A stretch of DNA of 64,000 nt from Eutreptiella sp. 'Long Island Sound 2002' (Eukaryota; Protista; Euglenida), in the NCBI GenBank assembly GCA_964036045.1, contig OZ038378.1, positions 183,272,001 to 183,336,000 on the forward strand, given 5' to 3'. The notes below the pieces were generated by a model. That model made no database searches and was not told the DNA's origin. It was given only the letters and a program-made list of their open reading frames with translations. Below, piece by piece: positions 21,550 through 34,329 of this stretch; position 1 is the stretch's first letter; each line of letters starts with the position of its first letter. Both the position numbers and the translations under genes were made by a program.

Positions 21550-22949
21550 ATGGCCACACGGCTACCGGTCCCAGACTACGATCCCATCCGTCCGGAGGAT
21601 ATAGCAGTCCGTTCAATGTTGTGCACGGATGGTTTGTTGCTTCATTTGGGAGGCAAGAGGCAGCTGTTGGTCTACTTGGGGGCTTCATACGGTAATGGCA
21701 AACTCGGGGACTCAATTTGGGAAAGTCATCATAAAAGTAGCGCGCCCTGCGCGCACAAGGCAAACACTCCCCCAAAAAGCAGCCATGAACGAAATTTTGG
21801 GTATCTTGTTCAGCCTAATCCACATGGCTGGCATGGCCGAACCGCCGTGCGGCAAAGGTCAAGGTTAGGTTTAGGGTGATGGTATGGTTAGAGGTAGGGC
21901 AAGGGGAGGTAAGGGCAGCCTGTGATTGAATAACATTTGGCCACCCCCCACCCCACCCCACCCCAAATCGCCCCACTTGGACCCCCTCCCCCCAAACCGA
22001 CGCTCCCGGACCCCCCTCCAAATGCCCCTCCCAGCATCCCCCCCCCCCCACTCCTAGGGGGCCTCCGGCTAATGGTTAGTGGGGGGGGGGAAGGTAGTTG
22101 GCGTCCAAACCCGAGGAGTCGGTCCTCCCGTGAGAACAGGGCTGATGCAAAGTGCATAGTGCAAGCCGGCCCACTTCTTTCCTTACCTTGTATCCCCTCC
22201 ACCAACTGCTGTCATGCTGTGGAAATGGAGGGCCAAAGGGACGAACCTTCAGCGACCCACCCCAGCAATGTGTCAAACCCAACCACCATGAGAAACGTGT
22301 ATTTGTGATACGATCTCCACAAGCAAGGTCGCTGCCACACTTCTTGGCACCAACACCATGCAAAAGACCAGAGGTCCCGCCTCCTTGGCACGGGGAGGCA
22401 CACCTGGATATTGTAACCCTAGACGAAGATGGGTGGATTGTCCCCTAATGTCAGGCAGTCTGGAGATCGCACGTTCCATCCTCTGTTTTAACTAGGATGT
22501 GGCAGGTGTTTTCTGTGCACTTTCTGCTGACCAATTTCGGATCCTGCTGCCCCAAACTCCAATCGTGCTTCTGGGAGAGTGGTATTCGTAACAAGAATAA
22601 TGGGAACACTATTCGGTGTGGTGAATTCCAGGTGTGCCTGGTTCCTTCTCCCACCTGAGATGGTTCACTGGTTGGTCCGGTATGGGTGGTGCTCAACAAC
22701 TGCCCAAAACAGCAATGCTTGTTACTTGAGACATTTTGTTTGGGGTTTTTCCGCTGTTTCCAGCCTACATGCAGACATTGCAGAATCGTTCAACTGAAGT
22801 GCTTCAGTCCTTGCAACTGGTGTGTACACTGTCACTTCTTAGTTTGAACCGCGAAACAACCTGAACAGACAACCTCATGGAAATGGGCACCCCACGAGGC
22901 CGTACAACGAACTGCGGAACGTCCGAATCAGCTCCGCAGAATTGGGCAC

Positions 22950-24240
22950 CCTGTGGGGCACGGGCTCCAGTCTGGGCTCTTCAGTCTGAGTGGCAGTACC
23001 GGAGAGTTTTTCTCCCTCATCTTCCTGATCTCATGGCCCTCTCCTTGCTGGGCATCATATTCTCCCAACGGTCGAATTCTTTTGCTGGCACATTGGGGTC
23101 CTCGAAAAAAAAAAGGAGGATCTACTAGTTTTGTAACAATGTAACAATAAGAGCATAGCAAACACAAAACGCAACCGCACAAAGCACACAACACACTACA
23201 TACTACTCCGGTCCTCAAACGTCTAAGAAAAGGAACAACTGCAATACAATTGCATGTGCACATGCAAGACAAGTGCACCGCACTTGTGAGTTCATGGGAT
23301 GCAATGGTCACACATGAGTGCAAAGCATGATGTCAAATGCATCAGAACATCTATTTACTCGTGTGTATGCCATGTGCATAATTACATAGGACTCACATAT
23401 GACGCAAATGCATCATGTGCTAGCCAATATGTATTACACACGTAATGTGGTCAAACTACCCTCAATGGTTGAAACAAGTGCGCAAAGCTTCCAAATGACC
23501 ACAGATCCTGCTCAATGCACTCATGTCAGGCATGAAGTGGCAATTGTACTTGTGTTTTGGTAGTTTTACTCAATACAATACGGAGTCTCAGGCTTGAGGC
23601 TTGGTGTGTGTGTGTGGGGCATTTGGGCTGAAAACAGTGATTCCTACATTTGCTTTTTCTTATAGAATTATTGGAGTGTCCTGTGTCCGGTACAGGTACC
23701 CAAGGGTTGTGGTGTTGGATCATAATGAACTCATCAGCACATTGCCCTCGCAGTGGTCCGCACTGCAGGTCCTGACCACCATCTCCCTCAGCCACAACGC
23801 ACTCCAAGGAACCTTACTTTCGGAAATTCCTTAACAATGGTCCACGCTGGTGCTACAACCACCCTTGGTGAGGAGGCAGATTGGAGGCCTCCATTGTTGT
23901 ATGTTGACCCCTTAGGGCGCCAGGTCCCTGCCATTGTTAAGTTTAGCAATTTCTCCAAAAACAAATACTTGCACGCGGTGCACACGTGTCGCACAACGTG
24001 GTGAGCGTGGTGCACATGCTTTCCTCATAGGGAAGTTCATGGCCCTATCCGCCAAACACGCAATAAACCCTCTCCTCTTGCAATGTGCTCCGTGTGTTCA
24101 CCCCTCCCGTGGCTACCAGCCTGAGGTGTCTCGAGCATAACCTGCCAGCCTTTTCCTTCATTTCTGGCTCATTGGAATGTGGCACCTCCCAGGACCTGGC
24201 TAAAAGATTAGAATACCTCCCCCTGTCCGAGCTGCAACCC
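22950..24240 (+). pseudogene. Fragmented extracellular-type LRR (GP46/PSA-like) pseudogene
   Basis: LPDLMALSLL...SNSFAGTL (about 23015-23095); LDHNELISTLPSQWSALQVLTTISLSHNALQGTLLSEIP*QWSTL (23714-23850); HLNANNL (about 24184). Stops and frameshifts present. Confidence 0.55.
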
Positions 24241-25228
24241 CTCATTTGAATGCTAACAATCTAGCCACAGCCTCAGGTGGATCACCCCCGGTTTTTTTAT
24301 GCGCCAGATTTTTTGTCATGGCTCCTGCCTATCGTCGCGTGCTCGCTTAGGTCCCTCATCATAACCCTACTTAGGGCCCACACAGTGCCATGCAAGTTAC
24401 AGGCCTTTGTGCCATACCTGGGGTGGGTGTGGTTTCAGGTGTGTTCCTGGCTGGAGTGGATGTATGGCACCACCTTTTCATTTACCGGGACAGGGCAGGT
24501 GGGCATTGTGTTGGCACTTAGTGGTGGTTTCTTTGGCATCGCTTTCCACCTGGTGGCAGGGAATTCGAGTATTCTCGCATGTGAAAGCGAGCAAAATTGC
24601 ATGGCATGAAATTGCTTCCCCCACCTTGTCCCGCCCCATGGGCATGACCCAGTTGGCTTAGATACATGAAGGTCTAAAAAACTACTTTCGCTTTTGCGCA
24701 TAACAGCATTCGCCGCTTTATTACGTCTGCAACAGAGTTATGGCCATTTGAGATTGTTTGCATCACTGGTCGTTGTAGTATATGATATGCAATTTTCATG
24801 AGCATCGAATGAGTCAATCAAATGACCTTTTTAAACACTTGAAATGGTGAATTTTAAACATCTTGTTCCGCTGTGACAGGGTTTCTTGCCGGACCCGACT
24901 GATAGAAAAATTTGTCCCAGAGGTTTTATGATGTTGTACATCCGCACACCGTCTCCTTTTCATCTTCGGATTCCACAGGATTCCACGAGAGGATTGCTAA
25001 TGTACCTGCCACTAATGCAACTTGGAAAGTACCCAACAAAAGGACAACCACCGCCATCCAAGCGGGAAAACATTTCTTTCCGCGGTCCTTTACCCGAGCA
25101 AATCGTCGCCCGGCATATTTTGTTCTCCTGCAGTAGCATGTCATGCCAAGGTTCACCACAAATGTGACGAGTTGCCAATGTGTAGTCGCTCACGTGCTGC
25201 CGGTCGTGGTGCTCCCAGGCTCTGAGAC

Positions 25229-28200
25229 ATGTCAACCAACTCCGATGGTGTCGATGTGGCCACGCGGGTCGAGGAGTTGGCGGCAGACCTTAAGGAGCAG
25301 ATCGAGGACGTGAAGAAAGAAATTGCACGGTCCAAAACCCCGAAAATCACGCAGCGCATGCCCGCCGCCCAATTGGAGGCCGTGCAGACGGAACAGCACG
25401 CGATCTTGCATGACCTCGAGCACATATTGGCCACGCTCAAGGAGAAGGAAGGCCACTGGACGCATCCTGAGCTCGACCAGCTCGAGGAAGACTTCCTTGC
25501 TGTGGACCAGCGCGAGGAGGCCGTGGACGATGCCATGCACAGCCTCCCATCCACTCCACCGGCTAACGGTCCCGCGCCCCCCGCGCATAACTCCGCACTC
25601 AATTCCAGGGCAGGGACCCAATCCCAAGCCCCGGAGGACGTCCTTGGGCCTGCGGGGGTTGAAGCGACGCCTTCGGTGGTCAGCGGACCGACCATTGCCT
25701 CGAAGGATCCCGTGAGCCCGAACCCGATGCCCGAGGGGGAGCAGGCACAGGGGCATCAACCCTCCGTTGTGCATGCTCAGGGTCAGGAGCAAGGGCTGCC
25801 TGTACCCGGGACGCAAGCGCGTGTCCATCCTGTCGCCCAGGCCAACGGTCAAGGGCAAAGGCCGGAGACGGGGTCTTTCGTTGGGGGGCCACCCCCAGTG
25901 CCGGTGCCGGAGGGGGCGTCGGAGGCCCGGCGGCTCGAGGTCCCCGTCAACTCCGAGAAGGGACTGCAAGACTCGCTGCTGAAGTTCCAGCAGCAGCTGG
26001 ACAACATGGATTTGGACAGCTCCACGGACACCGTGCCCCAAGTCGTCTCCGAAATCCACCCCTCAGACCTGCGGCAGGACATCCGCCTCAGTGACGAGGT
26101 GCCGCAGACCCCCGGGTCTTCGTCAAGCGCTGTACCGCAGGCCGCACTCGCGTCCGAAGGCATCGCGGCCCCGGAGCCGGACGCTGTGAGCCCCGGCCCT
26201 GCCCCGGGCCATGCGCCCGACCAAAGTCCGGCGTCGGGGGACGCACTGCCTCCCCCGCCGCAGGCCGGCCCGCCGGCAGCAACCCGGGCAGACCCACACA
26301 GCCCTCCGGATGCCGACGGGCTGCCGCTGGATGGTGCAGCGGAGGTGGATGTTGGTCCCGCAGATTTGCCAGAGGGTCCGATGTTCGCAGACGGGGCATG
26401 GCCACTGGAGGTGGTGCCTCAGGGCACGGCGGACCCGGACCCGCCAGCGGCTCCCGAGTCGCGGGCACTCCCACAATCGCTGCCTCAGGGCCAGTGCGTC
26501 GAGGCAGAGGCAGTGCACACGGGCGGTGCCGGACACACGCAGCCACAGGCCGGGGCTCAGGAGCAGCAGAGCGGGCGCTCGGAGGACGCAAGTGTACCAT
26601 CCCAGGCCCTTGCAGCAGCAGCAGCAGGGGAGGGGCAGGCCCCAATGGCCGGGTCCGTTGCGGAAAGCGAGAGGCCAATGCAGGAGCCACCGCCGCTGCA
26701 GCCGCAGTCGGAAGCTCCTCGCGATCAGCGGCTGCCTCAAGAAGTGCCGGCACCGGACGCCGCCCTACCGCCGGAGGTACCGGCGCCACCGGTGCCTCCA
26801 GAACCGCAGCACCCGCCACCGGCCCCGGCACACCCACCGCCCGAGTCACAGGAGCGGCACGTGTCAGAACAACACCAAGTGTCACAGCCACAGCCCGCAC
26901 CACCACCACCGCCAGAGCCAGAGTCACAGCCGCCCCCGAAGCAGCAGCCACAGCCACGGCTGCAGCAGCAGGCCCTGCAAACCGAGCCCCCGCCGCAGCC
27001 GCAGCCGCAGCAACCGTCGGAGTCCCCACAGATTTTGCCAGATTCATGTCACACCCAGCCACATCTCCCCCCACAGCCTCACTCTCGCTTGCAGCCCCAG
27101 ATCCAGATGCAGCCTGAGCCAGAGCCTCATCCACATGCACAGCCACAGCCTCAAGCACAGCCACAGCACCCTGCACAGCCCCTCCATGAGCCAGAGCCTA
27201 CGCCGCAGCCACAGCCACAGGCACGACCCGAACACGTGGACGGGCCCTCCAGCCCCTCCTCCCGCGACGCTGGCCCTGATGCGGCGCCGCACCACAGCGT
27301 CCCCTCGGGTCCCACCGACCGCAGTGACCCCCCGGGCCCGGCAGGTCTACCGGACACCGACAGTGCACCGCAGGACACCGACAGTGCACCGGCAGGTCTT
27401 GCGGACACCGGCGCCTCTCTGGAGGCCCCCTCCGCGCCGCTCCCCCCGGGGCCGCAGCCGTCGGGGTACTCCCACGCGCTGTTCGCGCACGGCCTGTTCG
27501 GGCCGTACCCCTTGGCCGGCCTCCCGCCGGGCGGCCCAGCGGGCGCTGTGGCGCCGGCCGGTCTGCCGCTGGGCCCGGGCCCCGTGCCCCCGCTCGGCTT
27601 TCTGCCCCCGCCGGTGCTGTTCGCCGGTGTCCCCTACGTCCCGGCCCCTGCCCCCCACACCCCTCCGTCCCCGATCCTCCCCCTGGCCCCGGCAGAACAC
27701 ACCGACCCGCCTCCGCCCCCCGACGACCACCGCCCGGACTCTCGGCCGCAGCCTCAGGACGTCGGCCTCCCCGAGGGCGAGCCGATCTCCGCCGCGCGCG
27801 CGACACCCCCGCCGCACGCACCGCACCCCGCGGCCCTCCTCCCGCAGCCGGGCATGCCCCTCGTTACGCTGCCGCCCGCGTACCCGCCCGCCCCGCAGCC
27901 CCTCGGGGCCGGCTTTCCGCCGGCCCCGTTCCTGCCCGCGTGGCACCCGTGGGCCCCCCAAGGCCAGTCCGCGACCCCCACGGCCTCTGCCGCGACCCAA
28001 ACCCCCGAAACCCCCCGCACCCCGTCCGACGCCCCGCCGTCCCCGACGCCCGCCGCGGCCGTCCCGGCGACCAAGGCCCCGCCCCCGCTCCGCGATTCGT
28101 CGGCCGTGAATGAGCCGGGCGCCCGGAGCGACCGGGAGAGCGACCTGGACCAGCGCGAGGCGGCGCTGCGGGCGCGGGAGGTGCAGTTCGAGCAGCTGCT

Positions 28201-28677
28201 CACGCTGTGGCACCGGTCGTCCCAAGGCGACTTCCTGCGGGTGCTGCAGCAGCTGCGCGGCGGGGCCGGCCCCGAGGAGCCCCCCGCGACCGGCCCCGGC
28301 CCCGCCGCCCCGGCCCCCGCGACCGCGCTGCCGCTGCCGCGGCAGAAGCGCGCGTCGACCGGCGTCTCCTCCCGCGCCGCCGTGGCCCTGCCGCGCGCGG
28401 CCCCGCGGCAGGAGCTCATGGACGCGGCACAGCGGGCGCTCGCCTGCCACATGGTGACGACGGAGATGGGCGTCCCGCTGGCCGCGCTGCGGCTGCGGCG
28501 CTCCATGGCCCTCGAGCCGTACCGCGCACGGCCAGTGCGGCGCCGGAAGGCCCGCCCGGTGCCGAAGCTGCGGGCGGCCGACGCCTGCGATCGGACCCCC
28601 AGCGTCGCGGAGCTCAGCTCGGCGGTCCAGAGCCCCTCGTGTGCCCCGTGGAGCATGCACCGCCAGCCTCCTTTCGG
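25229..28677 (+). CDS. Large Pro/Gln/Ala-rich orphan protein, exon 1 (N-terminal coiled-coil/helical bundle)
   Basis: 3.45-kb open frame with strong GC3 bias; heptad-like N-terminus (VEELAADLKEQIEDVKKEI); PQ repeats at 26860-27230; GTAACG donor at 28678. Confidence 0.8.
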
Positions 28678-29226
28678 GTAACGCCCAGCGGGCGGTTGGG
28701 TACAGATTCCCACGCGCGCACGCGTCCATGTGTCCGCGGGGGGGGGTCGGCTGTCGGTTAGTTTAGGGTTGTGATCAGGGGAAGGCTAAAGTTTTGCCTC
28801 TTTGTTGCTGTTTATGGGCTCCAAGGGTGTGCATACACGGCGAATCGAAGGAGGAGGGTGCTTCCTTTTGCAGCCATCCCCAACAAGTTTTTTCTGGAGG
28901 CCACACTTTTCTAGGAGCCTGTTGCTGCAAGGGCCTGGTGGGATTGTGGGCTGTGCGTTCAGCAAGAAACCCTGACCCCATATTTTTTTCCAATGGAGTG
29001 GCCTGTTCAACCATCACCAGGTGCTGTTTCCGCAGCTTTGGGCTGATTTTGTACCGCTGTGTGCGCAGGCGGGGGGAGGGAGTACATAGGCCATACAAAG
29101 CCATCAGAGCAACCGAATCCAAGTCATTGCGGTACCTCGCTCCATCCCAACCCAAACCGACGTTTTTTCATGCGTTCCATTCCCACCCACCCCTGCCTTT
29201 CCGCCGCTAATCTGACCCTGTGGCAG

Positions 29227-29275
29227 GACGAAACAGTTCGATCCCACAGTGTACATACTCCGGTGCTTTGCTTGA
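29227..29275 (+). CDS. Predicted terminal exon of the 25229 gene ((G)TKQFDPTVYILRCFA*)
   Basis: ctgtggcAG acceptor at 29225-29226; the phase-2 junction gg+g matches the donor at 28678; TGA at 29273-29275. Confidence 0.5.
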
Positions 29276-30394
29276 GTGTATTTACCGCAAGGGCTGGTGG
29301 CTGACAGATCTTCGAGAGGGTTGCAGCCCATCAGCCCTGATCATGGTTGTAGCACGGCATTGTCGAAGCACCACGACCGCGTCTGACTGTGATTTGTTGG
29401 CCGCAGCTTTTGTGGTCGCGCCTGCAAGACGACATGTTTGTGATCTGGTTGTCGCGGGAAAAGGGGCCGGGTCATGCTTGTGAAGAGTCGCTGCTCCTCG
29501 CAACAGCATTTGTGCCTGCGACTGCAATCCACTTCTATTTGTTTGCATGTGGTTGCATGAAGCGACAGGCAATCGTAGGCCCAAGAGGTCCAGGGTGGCC
29601 CCAAGGGATACTAAAAGGATACGTCTGCAGAGGCGGGGCGCAATAATCGTGGGACGTTGGGGGCTCTGGGGATCGCCCATGCATTCTAGATACCTCTGCC
29701 CTTCGTCGCCCTGTTGATCTTCCTCCCCCCCGTTCCCCTCCTCTTGACCGTGGTAATCCCCCTCTCTCTTGCACAAGCACTGCCAAAGTCAGGGAAAGCG
29801 ATGGACAGAGATCCTGTCCTTCGCCCATCTACTCGAATTGGGGGCCATTGATTGACAGCATAACCACTGAGACAGGAGCGTCCATCGGGTGCTGAAGGAA
29901 GGGAGGTGCAATCCCCACACTGTGATTGAATCGCCAGCTGCACTGGCCCTTGGATGCCACACCTTGTGTGGCGAATATCACCTGTGCCGGCCTCATGGTA
30001 CGCCCCCCCACCACCACAAAGTGGATCACCAGGTCCATGTCCGCAAGGTCGGCAAGTAAGTATTGGTGATCATTGTGTAGAGGGGGCAAATCTGCAAAGT
30101 CTCTGACAGTAACACTTCTAACTCCAATTGAGACCTACTTACAAGGCCATAGACTCGTTATGCCTCGTACCCCATGCAATTATTGACCTCATGTTGGATT
30201 TGTTAATAGTTCCGCTGCAGACCACAGTATTTTGCACCATCTTGGCACCACTTTAGGTGGCAAGATGCGGCGTTTTCTGTTTCTTGTGGTATGTTGGTTG
30301 TGCTTTGCATTTAAATTGGGCAATGCTATTCACGCATTCCCATGTGCCCGGAGCAAACAAGTAGGAGAGCAAAGATACATACTTCCTTCTGATG

Positions 30395-30895
30395 AAAGGT
30401 GATTGCCTTTTCAACATTGCACTTTTAGGATTTCAAGGTAAAAACCCCTCCGCCCATTTGATGATAGTACAGTGAGTGGCATGGGATCACCGACAATGCG
30501 AATTCAATTAAACATTTTCATCATAGTTTCAGCAGCAATGAAAACGATGCCTACTTCCCTGTAATGAAAGCTAATTGCCTTTTCACTGTTGCAGTTTTGG
30601 GATTTCAAGGTAAAAACACCTCCAGCCATTTAATGGTGGTAAAGCTGAGCCGCATGCAATCTCCGACAGTGAGATCAAAAAAGAGGGCATTTTCTCCAGG
30701 GTGTGCAGTTGTCGCTTTTCATCAGAGTTTTGGCATCAATGAACAAAGATGCCTATTTTCTTTTGATGGAAGCCGTTGCTCGATCAATGTTGCAGTTTGG
30801 GGTTTCAAGGAAAAAACACCCTCTGACCATTTGATGGTAGTAAGCTGAGTGGCATGCAATCTCTAACAATGAGATCATAAAAAGGGCATTTTCTG
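30395..30895 (+). repeat. Degenerate tandem repeat, three ~170-200-bp units
   Basis: gca(c/g)ttt(t)(a/g)gg(a/g)tttcaagg(t/a)aaaaac at about 30420, 30592 and 30792. Confidence 0.8.
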
Positions 30896-31429
30896 TAGAT
30901 TGGAATTGTATCTATGGGTTTCCACATGGGAGGAGTGGAGCGATTATGCAGCGGATTGTTGGGTGAGGATCACCGATCCTGACCTCGACCATGCATCATG
31001 TCTCCATATTCCACAATTTATCTGTGACCGGATGCCACCGGACCACGGCGTTGAGCTATGGGAACGCGTGGCTTGGCACCAATACCACATCTTGCTGCAG
31101 GTTGGCAAGCTCCAACAACGGCTAGCTATGCCGCCACGCGACGCACTGGCACCGCTATCACCTCCGCAGGCATACCGGTATGGTATACCAAGCTGTGGCC
31201 CTGCACCGTCCAACCTAATCCTACTGATGCCATCCTACACCAACAGGCATGGTACACCCCAACGTGCACCAAACAACATAAAGGTGCCGCGTAATGTGAC
31301 CCAGGAGGATTGCTATGGCGAACACGCCTTGCAGCAGCCACCGGGGTACTACACCAAGGCATAGATGGTGCGTTACCTCAATCGTTGCTTTTGGGAGTTC
31401 CCATTGACAAGCTTCCCCATTGCAGTAGG

Positions 31430-32875
31430 TGTCATGGTACCTAGCCCAGCCGTGGTTTCGGCACTACCAAGGCACCATGCTACAGGACGCCCTCAACACC
31501 GGTAGGTGGCTATATGATTCCCAATATGATTTCCAAGGCGCAGATCTAGGGTCCATTTTCAAGCTAAGGCCAGTTGACGTTGAGAAGAAATGGATGATAT
31601 CCATTGTAGCGTTATACGTAGAGCAAATCATCCAACGGCTGTGACAACGGCAACAAGTTGATTGCATTAAAGGACGACACATGATACGGCACATTCGGTG
31701 GGTTTAAGGGCGGGAGGAAAATTGGCTTGCGCGGGGGGGGGGGTCGTGGGAGCCCCCCGAAGGAGGGGGGGGGGGGTCTGGCAATGGGGCTCCTGTGACA
31801 GAACCCTTGGTAAAGTACCAATCACCTCGAAGAGAGGTTGTTCGATCAAGCGCGGGACTGGGCGTTGTATACCCCCCCTTTTTTGGGGTCATTCACGTAG
31901 CATACCCCAAGGCATGGTGTAATAATTTGTAAGCAGAAGGCTCCAAGCAGTGGGGATGCACTATCAGCTGCAACAGCCCACGGTAGAATGGTAGCGCAGC
32001 CGGCTGCTGTTTTTGCGGTCGGCGGTTCGAATCCTGGTCAGTCGAATGCCATCGGCGGCGTCGCCAGCATGTGGACCGGACCGGGGTTCGAACCGCCGAC
32101 CAAAAAATCCACCACCCGCTGCACTACCACTCAACCACTGCCTGTAATGGTGCATGTGGTCTCCCCACTGCTTGGATCCAAGTCTGCCACTGACGAAAAC
32201 CCATTCTATGTGTTTCTCTCTAACCGGACATAAATACCACCACTGCTCCCCCCCCCCCCCCCTCAATGGAAGTTCCACTTTATTTGCCACCATCTATGAC
32301 CTTTTTCAAGGCCCCGTCACGGGACCCAAGGAGGGGGGGGGTCCGGGAAAGGGGCTCCAACGACCCCCCCCCCCCCCCCGCGCAAGCCAATTTTCCCCCA
32401 CCCAAGAGAAATGGATCCTCATCAGCTTCGACTTTAGTAATGTCTTTCCCATGTTGTCGCATGTGTTTATTGAAGCTGGCATGCATAAGATACAACTGCC
32501 ACCCTTTCATATCCGATTTATCCTAGTGACATTGGTCATCCCGTTCCAACCCTGTGTTGTTTCACTCCGCGGGCGGGCGGGCATCGGGCAATGGGATCCC
32601 TTCTCACTGCTCATCTTGTCTTTCTGTGCTTCATTTCTCCTCTTTCTTTTTGACACCATCCTCTCTGCTGAGTGTTTGCCCACTTGAACCCACATAGCTC
32701 TGATTTTGGGTATATTTGTGCATTATATTCCCCTTTCTTGCACCACCTCACCATGCAATCTTCTCTTTTTGAACCTGGGCATCTACAGCTTTGTCCAAGC
32801 TACAGTAGGTGTAGGGACCATATTAATTTGGGACTTTTGCGTCGGGGGGTACATCGATGATTTGTGTGTTTTGAT
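31430..32875 (+). pseudogene. LINE reverse-transcriptase remnant split by an insertion at 31705-32403
   Basis: Left part ADLGSIFKLRP...QRL*QRQQVDCIKGRHMIRHI; right part ILISFDFSNVFPMLSH...GIGQWDPFSLL...YIDDLC. RT motifs are in the correct order across the insertion. Confidence 0.75.
31705..32403. mobile_element. ~700-bp nested inverted-repeat (fold-back) insertion with two tail-to-tail tRNA-like heads
   Basis: Outer arms 31705-31815 vs 32301-32403; inner arms 31940-32040 vs 32073-32178, each with an A-box-like motif and GGTTCGAA(T/C)CC; symmetric about ~32056. Confidence 0.7.
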
Positions 32876-32939
32876 CCTCGAAAGCCTTCTCACCGGCGCG
32901 AAGGTATGTCATAGATGGGGCACATCAGCCGGTGAATTG

Positions 32940-33040
32940 CCACTCTGGGATACTGGTATTTTTCGCAATGTTGATCATCTCACATACTAGCCACTCTGGC
33001 ATACTGGCATTTTTCGCAATGTTGATCATCTCACATACTA
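32940..33040 (+). repeat. ~51-bp tandem duplication
   Basis: gccactctgg(g/c)atactgg(t/c)atttttcgcaatgttgatcatctcacatacta occurs twice. Confidence 0.9.
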
Positions 33041-33253
33041 TTGTCTGAGCCTAATTCAAAAAGGAATTCTCACCATTTCTGATACTATCCTTTTAGGTAC
33101 CCCCCCTTGTGTGGGCTACGGCCTTGTCCAGGCTACAGCGGGCGTAGGGACCGTATTATTTTGGGACCTAATTTGATTCGGCATCAAATGTAGTGCAGCC
33201 ACATAAGACATAGGTTTGGTGGCAAATTTGCCAGCTAGAACAAGGAATAGGCC

Positions 33254-33626
33254 CTACCTGTAGATAAGGCACCGATCATGGTCTTCAACTACCCCAAACC
33301 TGCAGGCCCACCATTGAAAAACATCAGAGACGAAAGGAGGGAAACCCGTCTGGTGATGGGAAAAGGCCGCAAAATCCAAGCCCTCCAGCATATGCAGCCA
33401 TGTGTCTGGGAGGGGGAAGGGAGGGTAACACATGACCTCCCACATCCTTGGGCAAGGACTTTTGTGTGAACGTGACGCTAGCTGTCAAGACGCAGGGCAG
33501 TAATAAACAGTGTGGAGCGATTGTTCCTCCTGTTTTTTGGGCCTTGTAGGCCGTGGAGGTGAGAAGAACAGGGAGCACCCAGATTTTTAGAAGCCGAACC
33601 CTCTCCGTGAGAGAAAGAGGGAACAA
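33254..33626 (-). mobile_element. LINE ORF2 post-RT remnant
   Basis: LSLTERVRLLKIWVLPVLL resembles the LINE thumb-region LSL..R..L.K...LP pattern. Confidence 0.45.
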
Positions 33627-34329
33627 TGCTGTTAGAGAGGTCCTCCTTCAGGCCTCCCCTGACGCTTCGGAAAAGGCCTGAACGACGGCCACATACCCAG
33701 TAAGTACCCTCGGGTATTTAACTAATTGTGACACTGGCAGGCCAGAGTTGAGAGGAGCATCCTTTTTTGACTACGAAAAGCCAGCTTTGATCACCAACGC
33801 CGACATGGAAAGATTAAGTCTTAATCCTGACACCAGCCTGAAAGCTGTCATGTGCTCTACTATGGGCCTTAGGGACCGAGGGGGGCGGCCTGTTCGAATT
33901 CCAGCCCCCCCCCCCCCCGACCACCCAAAGTTTTCGAACCCGTCTTTCTCCAAATTGAGATTTTGGTGGAAAGTGTTGGCGCCAAAGGCGCACAAAAATT
34001 TTTGTTGGTCTCCTAAGGGGGTATTGTTTTTTTTTTTTACCCTACGTGTCTATACTCAAAATACTCAGAATTTCGTAGAGAATTCAAAAATGGGTGAAAA
34101 ACACACAAAAAAATTTGACCCCCAACCTGACCTCCAGGTCGGACCTTGGCTCATGGGAGCCTGAGCTATGGGGCAAATTTTTTCTGAAATTTTTTCACCC
34201 TAGTTGTGTATGTTCAAAATGATCAACTGTATGTTCAAAATGATCAGCGCGTCATGGGGTTTCACTTTGAGGTATCTATGTTGGGTTAACGACCCACCTG
34301 GCCCCCCCCCCCCCCCACCTACCCCCCCC

